Shown here piece after piece: positions 37,130-48,811 of a stretch of DNA of 64,000 nucleotides; position 1 is the first letter of the stretch; each line of letters opens with the position of its first letter. Both the position numbers and the translations under genes were made by a program. A model generated the notes under the pieces. That model made no database searches. It saw nothing but the letters and a program-made list of their open reading frames with translations, and was not told where the DNA came from. Source of the stretch: Leucoraja erinacea (Eukaryota); NCBI RefSeq assembly GCF_028641065.1, contig NC_073379.1, forward strand, positions 9,734,001 through 9,798,000, read 5' to 3'.

Positions 37130-38580
37130 CTGGGATAGTATAGCCCTGAGGAAGCTCCGCGCTATCTGAGAGCCAGTGCTCGGCGAACAGCATGAACGCG
37201 AGAGACACATATTCGAAATGAGAGAGACACACACACGCTGTTGACGGTGAACGAGTGCCGCCATCATAGAGAAAAAATACTGCAGGAAGCTCCACACTTT
37301 TGGAGTGGCAATAACGAGGGTGCACGGCAAGTTGAAGATTAGAAACTGATAGCGACGGATAGTGGTGGAGAACCGAACCAACAATAAGGGACTTAAGAGA
37401 AACATGGCGTTGGAGAGACGCCAACGGGAGGGCGACAACCTTGGAGAGCTGGTACTGAGGGATCGTACTCAGCAATCCATAACACAATGAAAGTGTCTCG
37501 TTATGCGGCTGAGGCTGCACAGAATTGTCGACCCAAGGCCTGGGTAGCAGTATGGTGTGAACGGCTGTATAGCTCGTACTGAGGGATCGCCACAGTATGT
37601 GAGCTTTAGCAGTGAGACAATGCCTCGCCGTCGGTGGAATTGCGGACAGAGGCCCTTATTGTGCTCGGGATATAACAAAGGTAGCGCCCATTATGGAGAG
37701 GCGTCAGGGAGAGAACGGAACCCTGAACGACAGCCACAATAACGGACAGGCACTACGAAGAGATGGTCACGATGTCGGAGAAATTGGACTGAAATAGGGC
37801 TTCAATTTTAAAAAAGACAGCACGTACAATGATGGCAATGATAGAGCTAAGATACTGAAAGTGGGTCACAATGTCGGAAAGGGAATACAGAAAGAGGGCG
37901 ATAATAACAGAGAGATAATACGTACATGGCAACGATATCGGAGGGATATTACGGAAAGCGGGCCATATTATCAGAGGATTAATACGGAAAGCGGGCCATA
38001 TTATCAGAGGATTAATACGGAAAGCGGGCCACGATATTGAACAGATTCTGCGGAGAGAGTGCCAAAAAAACGCATGCAACACGGAAAGTGCACAGCGATT
38101 TCGGAGCGGCTGTATTGAAAGAGGGCCGCAATGATGGAGTGACGGTACCGAAATTGAATTACACTATTCAAGAGCTAAAACTCAAAGATGGCCACAATAT
38201 CGGAGGAGCGGTATCAGAAGAGAATCACCATATCCGAGTTAAAATTGAAAAATGACCGCAAAATCGGAGCGACAGTATGAAAGTGGGCCACGTGTTGAAG
38301 TGGGACACAATATCGGAGAGACAGAAGCGAAAGAGGAACACGATGTCGGAGAACATTGACTGAAAGAGGGCCACAATTTAGGATAGACGGTACGGAAAGA
38401 TGGCCACAATACCACTGAGATAGAACTGAAAAGGATCACAATGTCGGAAGAGAGAGCATTGAAAGAGGGCCACAAACAGTATTGAATGAGTGCCGTATGG
38501 GTAGTATGAATAGAGGGTCTAAATGTGGAAGGCAGGAAAATAAGGTATGTGTCATCGGAGAGCCTATGTTGAATTAAAAA
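37130..38580 (+). repeat. Degenerate ~30-33-nt minisatellite array
   Basis: Near-perfect 33-nt units TACGGAAAGCGGGCCATATTATCAGAGGATTAA at ~37950-38035 inside a longer array with recurring GAAAGAGGGCCACAAT.TCGGA. Confidence 0.75.
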
Positions 38581-39343
38581 CACACTGCAGCAACGTGTGC
38601 TCACTCAGTCTGAAAAAGGGTCCGACCCGAATCTCGGTATTTGCAGTTCCTTGTTTCTACACCCAAGGAACATGTCGTATTAAGATTAGGACGTACGATC
38701 TGATTGTCAATTTGTGAGAGGGATACACTGACTGAGGCAGTTTTGAGCGAGTGTTGCAGAGTTTGGGGGAGGGGCGAATGAGTGCAACGCGTGTTCACTG
38801 CAACGCTAATTGTGAATGAATCACTTGTTCCAACAAGGCCGGTGTCTCTCTTTCAGTCCACGACAGGTCACCGCGCCCTCTCCAGTAGCACGGTAGTCTC
38901 TTAAGTCTGGTTTCGCCTATCGCCGGCACGGCACAGGTTCCTCTGCACTACCTCTCCAATAGTGTGTTGTTACATAGGAGAATCCCTCTCCACGTCCACC
39001 CTGACAGGACAACGCCCTCACTCCATTCATCCCCCTACAGAGCGGTAGTTCCCCAAACAGATCCCGATCTATCCCGAGGACAGAACTATATCTGCACTGC
39101 CCTTATAGAACCCTCAATATAACAAACGGATCTCTGCAACGCCTCCCCGACAGCATGGGCGGACCTGAGCAGATCCCTCCCCCCATTCCAACCCAGAACC
39201 GGCAGCTTTCACTGGGCACTGCCTATCCAAAGGCGCCGTGGACGTCCTGAATTGATTCACTGCCCTCCCAACATTCCCTTCCCACTGTCTCCTCATAGGT
39301 GGCAGTCGTCTGGTTCAGTCCGTCGAACTCCGCCATTCTTTAC

Positions 39344-39420
39344 CTGTATGTTTGTGACGAGCAAGATGACTCCTCCCACTCCCACAAATGAGAGAGCGGG
39401 GAACAGCAGCATGGGTGAAG
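39344..39420 (-). CDS. SLC43A3: SLC43A3-like coding exon 4 (ASPMLLFPALSFVGVGGVILLVTNIQ)
   Basis: 77-nt exon, ttccag| ... CAG|GTAAAG; GG..L.TN.Q motif. Confidence 0.9.
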
Positions 39421-39632
39421 CTGGAACAGAGGGGAAAGTGAGGGCACGTCATAGTGTACATTGCATAACATCCCTTAACCGAAACCACATCATAAGCAAG
39501 AAAGGCTTTTAGCTGAAACCAAGTCCAAATGTATCACACATTTCCTCGTCATAATTTCCAACCCAAACATGGTATTTTCTTAAGATAAACACTGACCAGG
39601 CCTTGATGATTATATCCCGCGTGTTGTGTTAT

Positions 39633-39855
39633 GCTCCTGTCCCACTTAGGAAACCTGAACGGAAACCTCAGGAGACTTTGTGCCCCACCCAAGGTTTCAG
39701 TGCGGTTCCCGGAGGTTTCCGTCAGTCTCCCTACCTGCTCCCACTACCTGCAACCTCCGGCAACCACCTGAACCTCCGGGAACCACACGGAAACCTTGGG
39801 TGGGTCGCAAAGTCTCCAGAGGTTTCCGTTCAGGTTTTCTAAGTGGGACAGGGGC
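39633..39855. mobile_element. ~220-bp palindromic MITE (Harbinger-like ends)
   Basis: GCTCCTGTCCCACTTAGGAAACCTGAACGGAAACCTC ... GAGGTTTCCGTTCAGGTTTTCTAAGTGGGACAGGGGC; second copy at 48245. Confidence 0.85.
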
Positions 39856-39879
39856 AAGAGGGTGACAGCGTTCGTTGTT

Positions 39880-40340
39880 TATCCTTCGAATTGGAAAGGG
39901 TGTAGATAATATATAAGCAAAGTATCCCGGACTCCTTAACTATTGGGTGAAGTTTGACAGACTAGCACATTATTCATGAGAGGGCAGGAGGCTGAGAAGT
40001 GATCTTTTCAAGGCAAATGATACCACGGTGGGCATGGTAGGTAGAAGTTCTCCAAGGATAGGGGAATGAAGAAATAAATGGTATAGATTAGGTGTGAGAG
40101 GGTAATGATTTATTGAGATTCTGAGGGTCACCTTTTTTTCACAGAGCGCGGTGGGTGCATGGACGAGATAGTTGAGGCAAGTGCGATAACAACATTAAAA
40201 TAAAACTTTAGGACTGGTATGTGGATGGAAAAGTTTGATATGGACATTGGGCAAAACGTGGGAAAATGGGATTAGATTGGATCGGGCACCTTGGTTGGCA
40301 TGGATCAGTGGAAATAAAAGACATGTGACTATATGATGTA
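39880..40340 (+). mobile_element. Old degenerate CR1 3' fragment
   Basis: ttggaaagggtgtag, gaggctgagaagtgatctt and tttttcacagagcgcggtgggtgcatgg landmarks. Confidence 0.6.
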
Positions 40341-40660
40341 TAGCTTCTAATAGGGCAACATTAGATGAAAGATTGTGCCTGTAGCAGTTGTGAGATTGGT
40401 CAGTTCTGCTCATCTAACACTGTAACACTCTGAGAGATTGTACCTGCAGCAATGTTGCGATTCCTCAGCTCTGGTCGTCCAACACCTAACTGCATTTTAG
40501 CATTTCCCCTCCAAAAGTGCAAGCGTGTGTGTGACGCGGATTTCATTCGTCATTTCATCTGTCGTCTTGTCTTTGTTTCTCTATTTTCTCTTGATCGCCA
40601 TCTCTTCCACAGGTCTTCCCCGGTTCTCCCTCCCACTCTCTCGCCTGCCTCCACTTTTTA

Positions 40661-41097
40661 CCACAGTAAACACTGCCCAGTCCATCATCGGCTCTGACCT
40701 TCCTTCCATCGAAGGGATTTAGCGGAGTCGCTGCCTCAAAAAGGCTGGCAGTATCATCAAAGACCCACACCATCCTGGCCACACACTCATCTCGCTGCTA
40801 CCTTCAGGAGCCTGAAGACTGCAACAACCAGATTCAGGAATAGCTACTTCCCCACAACCATCAGGCTATTAAACCTGGCTCGGACAAAACTTTGATTATT
40901 AATAATCCATTTTCTGTTATTTGCACTTTATCAGTTTATTTATTCATGTGTGTATATAATTATATTACGGTATATGGGCACACTTATCTGTTTTGTAGTA
41001 AATGCCTATTATGTTCTGTGTGCTGAAGAAAAGCAAGAATTTCATTGTCCTATACAGGGACGCATGACAATAAACTCATTTGAACTTGAACTTGAAC
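40661..41097 (+). mobile_element. Rex1/Babar-like LINE 3' fragment with (TTGAAC)n tail
   Basis: VNTAQSIIGSDLPSIEGI..RCLKKAGSIIKDPHHPGH..RFRNSYFP; AATAAA then TTGAAC x3. Confidence 0.8.
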
Positions 41098-41877
41098 TTT
41101 TCGCACTTCCCCTACTTTCTCTCATTGGCTCGACCAGACTCTCTTTATCGGCATCGTTCTCTATCTGCTATGTGCTATGCTATGCTACAAACTCACTCTT
41201 GTTTTCGCTCGACTGTACAAAATGCTTTGTTGCCCTCGCTCAACCTCTTGCTCGCCATCTACACTGCTTATATTCTCTTCCACTCGCTCCCTCAGCCACC
41301 CTCTCTCGCTTACTGGCCTGTCCTTCATTCACATTGCATTTGCCTCGTTTTTCCCCATTTCTCTGTTATTGTCTATTTATTTCTTCCTCGCACCACCCCT
41401 TCGCTTCCGCTTCTCAGTTGCCACCGTTACATCCCACACAAATATTCATCTTCTTCCCTATCTTGCTCTCGCCTTTTTTACAAGTCCATTCTCGCGCTTT
41501 ATTTCCTTTGCACGCTCGTGTTAATAGTTTCCCGCATATGCAACAACTCTCCATTTATCATTTGATTCTCACACCGTCAAATTCTGACTCTAAATGGTCC
41601 CGATCTTACCCTAGCTCGCTGCCCCTCTTCTTGTTTTCCATTCACCCTGGCCAACCATCCCTCCTGCGATTGTGCTTTCCTTCTCATTCGCCTCATCATC
41701 TCTCTCAATTTCTCCCTTCGTTTCTTTCTCACTCTTGTCCATTCCACTACCTTAGCATTCACCTTCTTGCGCACCCAGCCCTTCTCCCCTCCCGCTTGTT
41801 TCCACGCACATTCTCCGCCAGCTTCCACTCGAGCCCGGGGGATTTAACTTAGTAAAGCGGAAGGGAGTTTGACTCAC

Positions 41878-41924
41878 CAGTGGCGGAAAACGCGATCAGC
41901 AACGTACCAGTTGTGTATATGAAT
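41878..41924 (-). CDS. SLC43A3: SLC43A3-like coding exon 3 (IFIYTTGTLLIAFSAT)
   Basis: 47-nt exon, ccag| ... |GTGAGT; resembles FYTTATLIIAF of SLC43A3; phase 2 to 1 fits. Confidence 0.88.
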
Positions 41925-42438
41925 CTGGGAAGAGATAACCTCAAAGGATTAAACAATGTTATCTTCTCCCACTACCCCCACCCCTTGACAACAAGAAGCA
42001 TGCTTCATTTATTGTTTAAACACAGTATTGCCGTCTTGTTGCCCGCGTAACGCACACAACAAGGTCCCACGCACAAAACACCAGATAATCTTCAGTTTAT
42101 TTGCAGTTCATTTGTTTTTTTTTTTAACTTTGCTCATTTACCAGTGCCATTTTAGCAGCGGTGTCGAGTAAATCGTACCCCCCCCCCCCTCTCCCCCCCC
42201 CCGCAGACGATACATTACTCTCAAATCACATACCTTACCTTTGTTACCCCTCTAAATGAAAACAAAGTGTCAATGCCTCTTCATGGTCTATTAACCCACC
42301 CATAGCTTCACTTGCAGATACAGCTGAAGGGATTTGGCGCTCGAAACAATAACCGCATTAAATCATCTGAGCATCTTGAAATCAATCTCATCAGCGCGAG
42401 TGAAAGATAGCCGAGCGTTGCTTATCGATCAGCCCAAC

Positions 42439-44290
42439 TTCGGAGTTACGTGAGTGATTCCGTGAAGAACCCCGCCAGTCCGCATGCACGTCATTACGTC
42501 TGACGCATGGCGCAGCGACCGGCTGCCCACACTTCTTTAGCTACTTTCGCGACGGCTCACCTTGCTCTCAACGCTTTCTCCATGCTTGGACTTGCCTCCT
42601 GAGATCAAGAATTATCAAGTGCAGAAAACGACCTCCGACTAAGTTTGACACTTACCTGAGGCTTTTGAAACTTACCGCTGGAGGAACGCTGCACCCCCCA
42701 GCCGGTCACTAACGGTACGACCAGTGACTGCAGACTTGGTGTTTGAAGGCACCGTGGCTGCATCTGTGGGGCGCAAAGCCACCAGAAAGTCTGCACGGCC
42801 GATAGACTTGGACGTTTGTGCAGTATAATCATTTCAAAATGGAAACATTTGCTACTGCCAAGCAATTGGTTTCCAGAGGGTGTTATATTGCATGTATAGA
42901 TCTAAAGGATGCATATTACCCAGTGCCTGTTCATAAGGATCATCGGAGATATTTGAAATTTAGCTGGATGAGGCAATGATGGCAATTTAAAGCACTGCCT
43001 TATGGGTTAACCTCAGCCCCTAGATTATTTGCAAAACTGCTAAAACCAGTACTGGGGCTACTCCGGGTTCAAGGTCATACTGTAATGGCTTATTTGGATG
43101 ATATCTAAATAATTTGGAAGACCCGGGAGGCAACTGAATTATCTGTTTCAGCTGTTAAACTCATGGTTGAGAGATTGGGGTTTCTCATTCATCCAGCTAA
43201 ATCAAAATTGATACCAGTTAAAGTTATTGATTATTTGGGATTCACTGTTGATAGTAAGATTAAATGAGAATTTACCAGTTTGAAGTTTGATCTTTATTTT
43301 GTGAGGAGTTACGTTGAGGGATTATGTGAAGAGCCCGCCAGCCCGCATGCGTGTCAATCTTCAAAGCAGTGGTGTGAAATCACAGATAACAGTTGTTGAA
43401 CTGAATATAGTAAGATTAGAGAAACTAGAATACCAGCTGACCTTTATGATAGAGGGTTGCGACTGGAGGGCACGTAATCCCTCAACGTAACTCCTCACAA
43501 AATAAAGATCAAACTATAAACTGGTAAGTTCTCGTTTAATCTTACTATTTTACTTCGGAGTCACGTGAGTGACTACGTGAAGATTTCAAAGCTCTGTGAT
43601 TTCATGCCGTGGAAACGAGTCCATGCATCACACACTGCATCAGTTGACCAAGGATGAGTGAACATTAACAATGCATTCCAACATGACATAGTGTATCAGC
43701 TTGGACTTGAGCATGTAGATTATGCATATTCACACAATCCCTTTAACGCACAGAATGCACCTAGTGTCTATAGGTAGTTGATACCATATAACTGAAGAAT
43801 TGGTAACTCATGCAAATCCCATCCGCCCCCATAACTAGAGATTGTATTAGTAATTTTCCATCTTTGAGCAATAGCATCAGTTTGTAATTATAACTGAAGA
43901 TTTACTGACGAAAAGTTAGTGGAGCAATGCTGAATACTGTTCGTCCACCAAAAGTGACTTCAATAGTTTCAGCTGGTAATAGCGATGAGCGATTAAGTGC
44001 CCACCGCTCCCGGCCCTCATATCATAAAGGTCATCTGGTATGCCTGGTTTATAATCATACTATCTTACTTCAGTTACTGTTATCTGTGATTATAAACCAG
44101 GCATACCAGATGCCTGGTTTATAATCATACTATCTTACTTCAGTTACTGTTATCTGTGATTTCACACCACTGCTTTGAAGATTGACGTGCATGCGGACTG
44201 GCGGGGTTCTTCACGTAAACGCTCATCGTAACTCCTCATAAAATAACGATCAAACTTCAAACTGGTAAGTTCTCGTTTAATCTTACTATT
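42439..44290 (+). mobile_element. Rearranged DIRS1-like element: 5' end, RT fragment, inverted 3' end with ICR from a related copy, then its own 3' end
   Basis: HFKMETF..IDLKDAYY..QFKALPYGLTSAPRLF..AYLDDI at ~42820-43105; junction CTTACTATT|TTACTTCGGAG at ~43541-43560; ends ...TTTAATCTTACTATT. Confidence 0.8.
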
Positions 44291-44967
44291 ATTTGTTGGT
44301 TATAACTCTACAACTTTAAGGCATAGTGCCATGTGAAGAAATACACCCCAATAATTCCACCCTGCAACTCAGACAATGTCTTGATAGGTTAATACCTCCG
44401 ATGAACGCTCGTCAAGATGATACATTAATCGTGTTTCGCTCACCGCAGTTGCAGCCTTAACTTATTTAGTATAACTTGTTTAGAAATACTGTGTGGAAAT
44501 AGGCTCTTCGGCCCACCGATTCCATGCTGACCGTCAATCAACGGTTGAACTTGTTCTATGTTATCCCACTTTTTCATCCACTCCCTGACCACTAGGGGCA
44601 ATCTTCTTTTTTTTCCAGAGGCCTCTGATTATAGCAGCAACCCCTGTAACTACATTGCTTCCTCGGCCATTAACTTCCCTAAATGGCTTCTGCTGATATG
44701 CCTACCAAGATGAACATTTGGTTTTTTACACGTGATGCTTTCTTGCATACTGTCCTTTTGCCCCACCCCTAACCTTGTCCCTGTATTATTTAAACATCTC
44801 TTCCCTCAGAATACCTCTCCTGTGTTACAACACGACACTGCAACCATCTCGGCATTCAAATACCACGTGACCCGTCCCAGGACCCGCTTGTCACGACCCC
44901 TTCAACTTCACCAAGACTCCTGCAGCATCGCTCAGTATACCTTCACTCCTCTTGATGCTCTTCCGGC

Positions 44968-45560
44968 AACATAGAAACATAGAAAATAGGTGCAAGAGGA
45001 GGCCATTCGGCCTTTCGACCCAGCACCGCCATTCATTGTGATCATGGCTGATCGTCCCCCATGCCGGCCTTCTCCCCATATCCCTTGACTCCACTCGCCC
45101 CTAGAGCTCTATCTAACTCTCTCTTAAATCCATTCAGTGATTTGGCATCCACTGCCCTCTGTGAAAGGTAATTCCATAAATTCACAACTCTCTGGGTGAA
45201 AACGTTTTTTCTCACCACAGTCTAAATGACCTCCCATTTATTCTAAGACTGTGGCCCCTGGTTCTGGACTCGCCCAACATTGGGAACATTTTTCCTGCAT
45301 CTTGCTTGTCCAGTCCTTTTTATAATTTTATATGTTTCTATAAGATCCCCCCTAATCCTTCTAAACTCCAGTGAATACAAGCTTAGTCTTTTAAATCTTT
45401 CCTCATATGACAGTCCCGCCATCCCAGGGATCAATCTCGTGAACCTACGCTGCACTGCCTCAATCACAAGGTTGTCCATCCTCAAATTATGAGACCAAAA
45501 CTGTACACAATACTCCAGATGTGGTCTCACCAGAGCCCTATACAACTGCAGAAGAACCTC
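44968..45560 (-). mobile_element. CR1 3' fragment (distinct subfamily)
   Basis: [29 protein letters not shown]; (CATAGAAA)n tail. Confidence 0.88.
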
Positions 45561-45606
45561 TTTACCCCTATACCAACACTGAACAAAGCAATCAAGAATA
45601 ACTTAC

Positions 45607-45736
45607 ATAGCCAGGAGATGAGTGACCACAGTACCGAAGTAGTCGAGCAGGAAGCCATTGCCCACGGTTGCGACAGGCATGACGAAAGTGGAAATTGTGA
45701 AGATCAGCGCGAATCGTTCATCCTGCAAATCACAAT
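45607..45736 (-). CDS. SLC43A3: SLC43A3-like coding exon 2 (DCDLQDERFALIFTISTF...LLA)
   Basis: ctag| acceptor after a pyrimidine tract; |GTAAGT donor; QDERF motif. Confidence 0.92.
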
Positions 45737-46379
45737 CTAGTCGGAGAGACAGTTGGTGAGAGTTATTGAGTGAAAGAGATGTGTAGAACGAGGAAGCAAG
45801 GGAGATGGCGGAAGAAAGACAGAGACAGAGAGAGGGAGGGGATGAATAAAGCTGTTGAAAATTAAAGAATGCTTGGATGAAGGAAATAGGTAAATCACCG
45901 CGATAGGCAAAGGCAAAGGAGAAAACGAAGACATCTGAAGTGTTAGATAGGATGGAGACGTGGTTTAGTGTGAAAGAGGGAGATAATTTCAGATAAAGCG
46001 GGCAAGGGGGGACAACGAGACAGAATAAGAGAATGTGGATGGGAAATGAAAATGCAAACTGTGAAGTGTAAGGACACATTGTAAGAGTAGAGGTATTGTG
46101 AGAGAGGGTAGAGAGAGGGGAGCATGCAGCAAACAGAATATCTACTTTTAAAGCAACTTTGAATTCCCGCGTGATATTCAATCATATATTGCAACTTATT
46201 GAAAATGCGGGTTATTCCCTGTTGCCGTGGATAGATCCATCACCAGCATCTCTTGTAGTTCTGCTTTTTCCGCTCTCTCCACAGGTGGAACTAGGACAGA
46301 CCTCCACTCGTCCTCAATTTTCACTCTTTCCGTTTCTACATCCAACCCAGCAATCTACGATATCCCTGGCACCTACAAC

Positions 46380-47575
46380 ATGATCCTACCACCAGTCTCG
46401 CTTTCCCATGCCACCCTTATCCTACTTCCGTGGACACTAATTCCTCCATAACTCCCTGGTTCCCTCATCCATTCGCACCCAAACACACCCTGCTCAGTTT
46501 GTTACCTCTGCAACCATACGGGAATTGACACATCATCCCATACCTCCTCCCTTACATCCATCCTTGGTCACCAACAGTACTTCCATGGATATAGTCAAGT
46601 CAAGTCAAGTCACATTTATTTATATAGCACATTTAAAAAACAACTATCGGTGGCCAAAGTGCTTTACATTTGTTATAAAAATAGTATAAACAAACAAGCC
46701 ACATACATATATACATATAGACCTCGCTCAGTGGACGTCAGGAAAGGCTTGAGAGTATAGATACGTTTTTAGTCTTGACTGGAGGGGGCAGTTCTGATGG
46801 GAAAGGGGATGCTGTTCCATAGTCTAGGATCTGCAACCGCAAAGGCAAGGTCGCCCCTAAGCTTATGCCTAGACCGCAGCAGCCCCAAGTCGGCCGATCT
46901 GAGGGACCTGGAGGTGGAGTGGTGGGTGAGAAGACTTTTAATGTAGGAGGGGGCAAGCCCATTGAGGGCTTTGTAGACATAGAGGAGGGTCTTGAAATAT
47001 ATATTGAATATAGAGGTTCAGTTGTACCTTATCTTCCATTATCTCCTACCACATGTGTTCCATATATGCCCTCCTTGACATTGGTGATACCAAGCATAGA
47101 ATCGGCGATCGTTTCGCCGAACACTTACGCTTGGCCAGTTGAGGCCTACCAGATTTTCCGGTTGCTCACCTTCCCATTCCCGTACTGAAGATTTTGCCCT
47201 TGTCCTCCAGAGTGAAGCCACGTGCAAATTGAAGGAACAACATCCCACATTGCGCCTGGATAGCTTGCAACTTTACAGTATGAATGTTGAATTATGCAAT
47301 TTTAAGAAATTAACCTAAAACATCCCCCTTGGATTTGGATCCATTTTGTCCCCTCCCGATAATCCTTCCCCTAACTTTATAATTATCACCTATATTTTAA
47401 CCTCTGTTGAGGTCCAACCAGTATCGAAACAACTCGCCTTCATCGCCCTATCACTTGCCAGGTTTTGTCCCGCCTCCATCTCCCTGCCAGTTTTCTACCT
47501 TGATGTATATCTGAAAGAGGGTTCTGACACGAAACGTGACAGAACCTAATCATGTTCTCCAAAGACACTGCCTAA
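46380..47575 (+). mobile_element. Degenerate Penelope-like element (GIY-YIG endonuclease region plus 3' repeat), interrupted by an L2 3' fragment (~46592-47005, minus)
   Basis: DPTTS..; DIGDTKHRIGDRFAEHLR; SEATCKLKEQH..LRLDSLQ..MNVE; downstream CTGAAAGAGGGTTCTGACACGAAACGTGAC; insert begins (AGTCA)n then TTTATTTATATAGCAC. Confidence 0.72.
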
Positions 47576-48244
47576 TATAAATTATTCCGGCAAAACGTAT
47601 ATTTCGCAATTCAGCGTCTGTAGTTCCAAATGTTTAAGAGCGAATAGCCACAGCTTCCAATGTTCTAGTGAGCGCATAGAAATGCAGCGACCTGGTAAAG
47701 AGACAATAGGAAACCCTTTCTGCTCAAACCTAGTCCTTCTCGCAGCGGTGAATCCTCCCATTATCTCCCACCACGGCAGCGTTGCCTGAAACGTGCTCAC
47801 CAATGGTGAGTGCACCAAAGTCTCGCTTCTCCTTCCTTCATCCTGCACACTGTTCAGCGCAGCACATTTTTTACTGAATTCACTCCTGTACACTTTGCTT
47901 CTTCGCTCAATGGTCATTCCCTTCGCCCTCCCCATATTCATCCCCTACATTTCCCGCCCAATGTATCCACTTCCCTCCTCTCCTTAACCTCTTTTACTCT
48001 CCCTCGGTAACTTTGTATCAGTTTCTCCACTTCCATCCACTTTCGCAATTCAAGAGTAAAGGTGAATGAAGAGGGTGGAGAGAACATGTTAGGCCACAAT
48101 TTGCTTCTAGATGCCATGTTTACTTTTCCACGATACTCTTATCTCATCGTGAAATTCGCAGATTCAGATATGTGTCTTTTTCGCTTTTGCGATCACATTC
48201 TCTGCGCGCCTGCCTGTTACGGTGTCACTGGGGCCGTCGTCCTA

Positions 48245-48467
48245 GCCCCTGTCCCACTTAGGAAACCTGAACGGAAACCTCTGGACACCTTGTGCCCCAC
48301 ACACGGTTTCCGTGCGGTTCCCGGAGGTTTTTGTCAGTCTCCCTACCTGCTCCCATTAACTGCAACCTCCGGCAACAACCTGTAACCTCCGAGAACCGCA
48401 CGGAAACCTTGGTTGGGGCGCAAAGTCTCCAGAGGTTTCCGTTCAGGTTTCCTAAGTGGGACAGGGT
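48245..48467. mobile_element. ~220-bp palindromic MITE, second copy
   Basis: Same long TIRs as 39633-39855. Confidence 0.85.
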
Positions 48468-48621
48468 TAGCAGCCTCGGTCGGCGTCAACTATTTAACTT
48501 GGTCTCCTGAATATTTCATCAACGTTCTACTTCTCATTGATCTGTCTTTCTCCATCGTCTAGCTCTGTCCCTCTGTATATTCGCTTGATTTTCTCCTCTC
48601 CCCTGTCCCACGGGCACTCAC

Positions 48622-48811
48622 CAGTGGCATTCCTCGCTCCAGAATCGCTGGTGTTGTGCAACGAGAGGCAGAGATCAGCAAAGTACTCTTCTTTCTTCAA
48701 AACAAACACAAGGGAGGGCCAGCCAAAGAGCAACCCTGCGAAGCCTATGCACTCTATGATCCCAGTAACAAATGTCAAATACCGCCTGACTCTCTCGCAC
48801 GACCGGGCCAT
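48622..48811 (-). CDS. SLC43A3: SLC43A3-like coding exon 1 ([48 protein letters not shown]...NAT)
   Basis: ATG in a gagATGG context; SLC43 TM1 motif; donor G|GTGAGT, phase 1. Confidence 0.9.

Larger units (their letters stand above)
11646..48811 (-). other. SLC43A3: SLC43A3-like gene locus (12 coding exons, predicted 701-aa MFS-fold nucleobase transporter)
   Basis: Exon peptides are collinear with remembered vertebrate SLC43A3 motifs ([86 protein letters not shown]). Exon lengths 190+130+47+77+93+140+695+174+117+193+124+126=2106 nt, with compatible splice phases from ATG to TGA. Confidence 0.92.

Noticed and set aside
37130-38580. CRISPR-like array
   Set aside because: Units are contiguous degenerate tandem repeats without unique spacers, there are no cas genes, and the context is a vertebrate intron.
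40950-41852. 300-aa ORF
   Set aside because: Arises from a pyrimidine-rich low-complexity tract overlapping a Rex1 tail; no recognisable domain.
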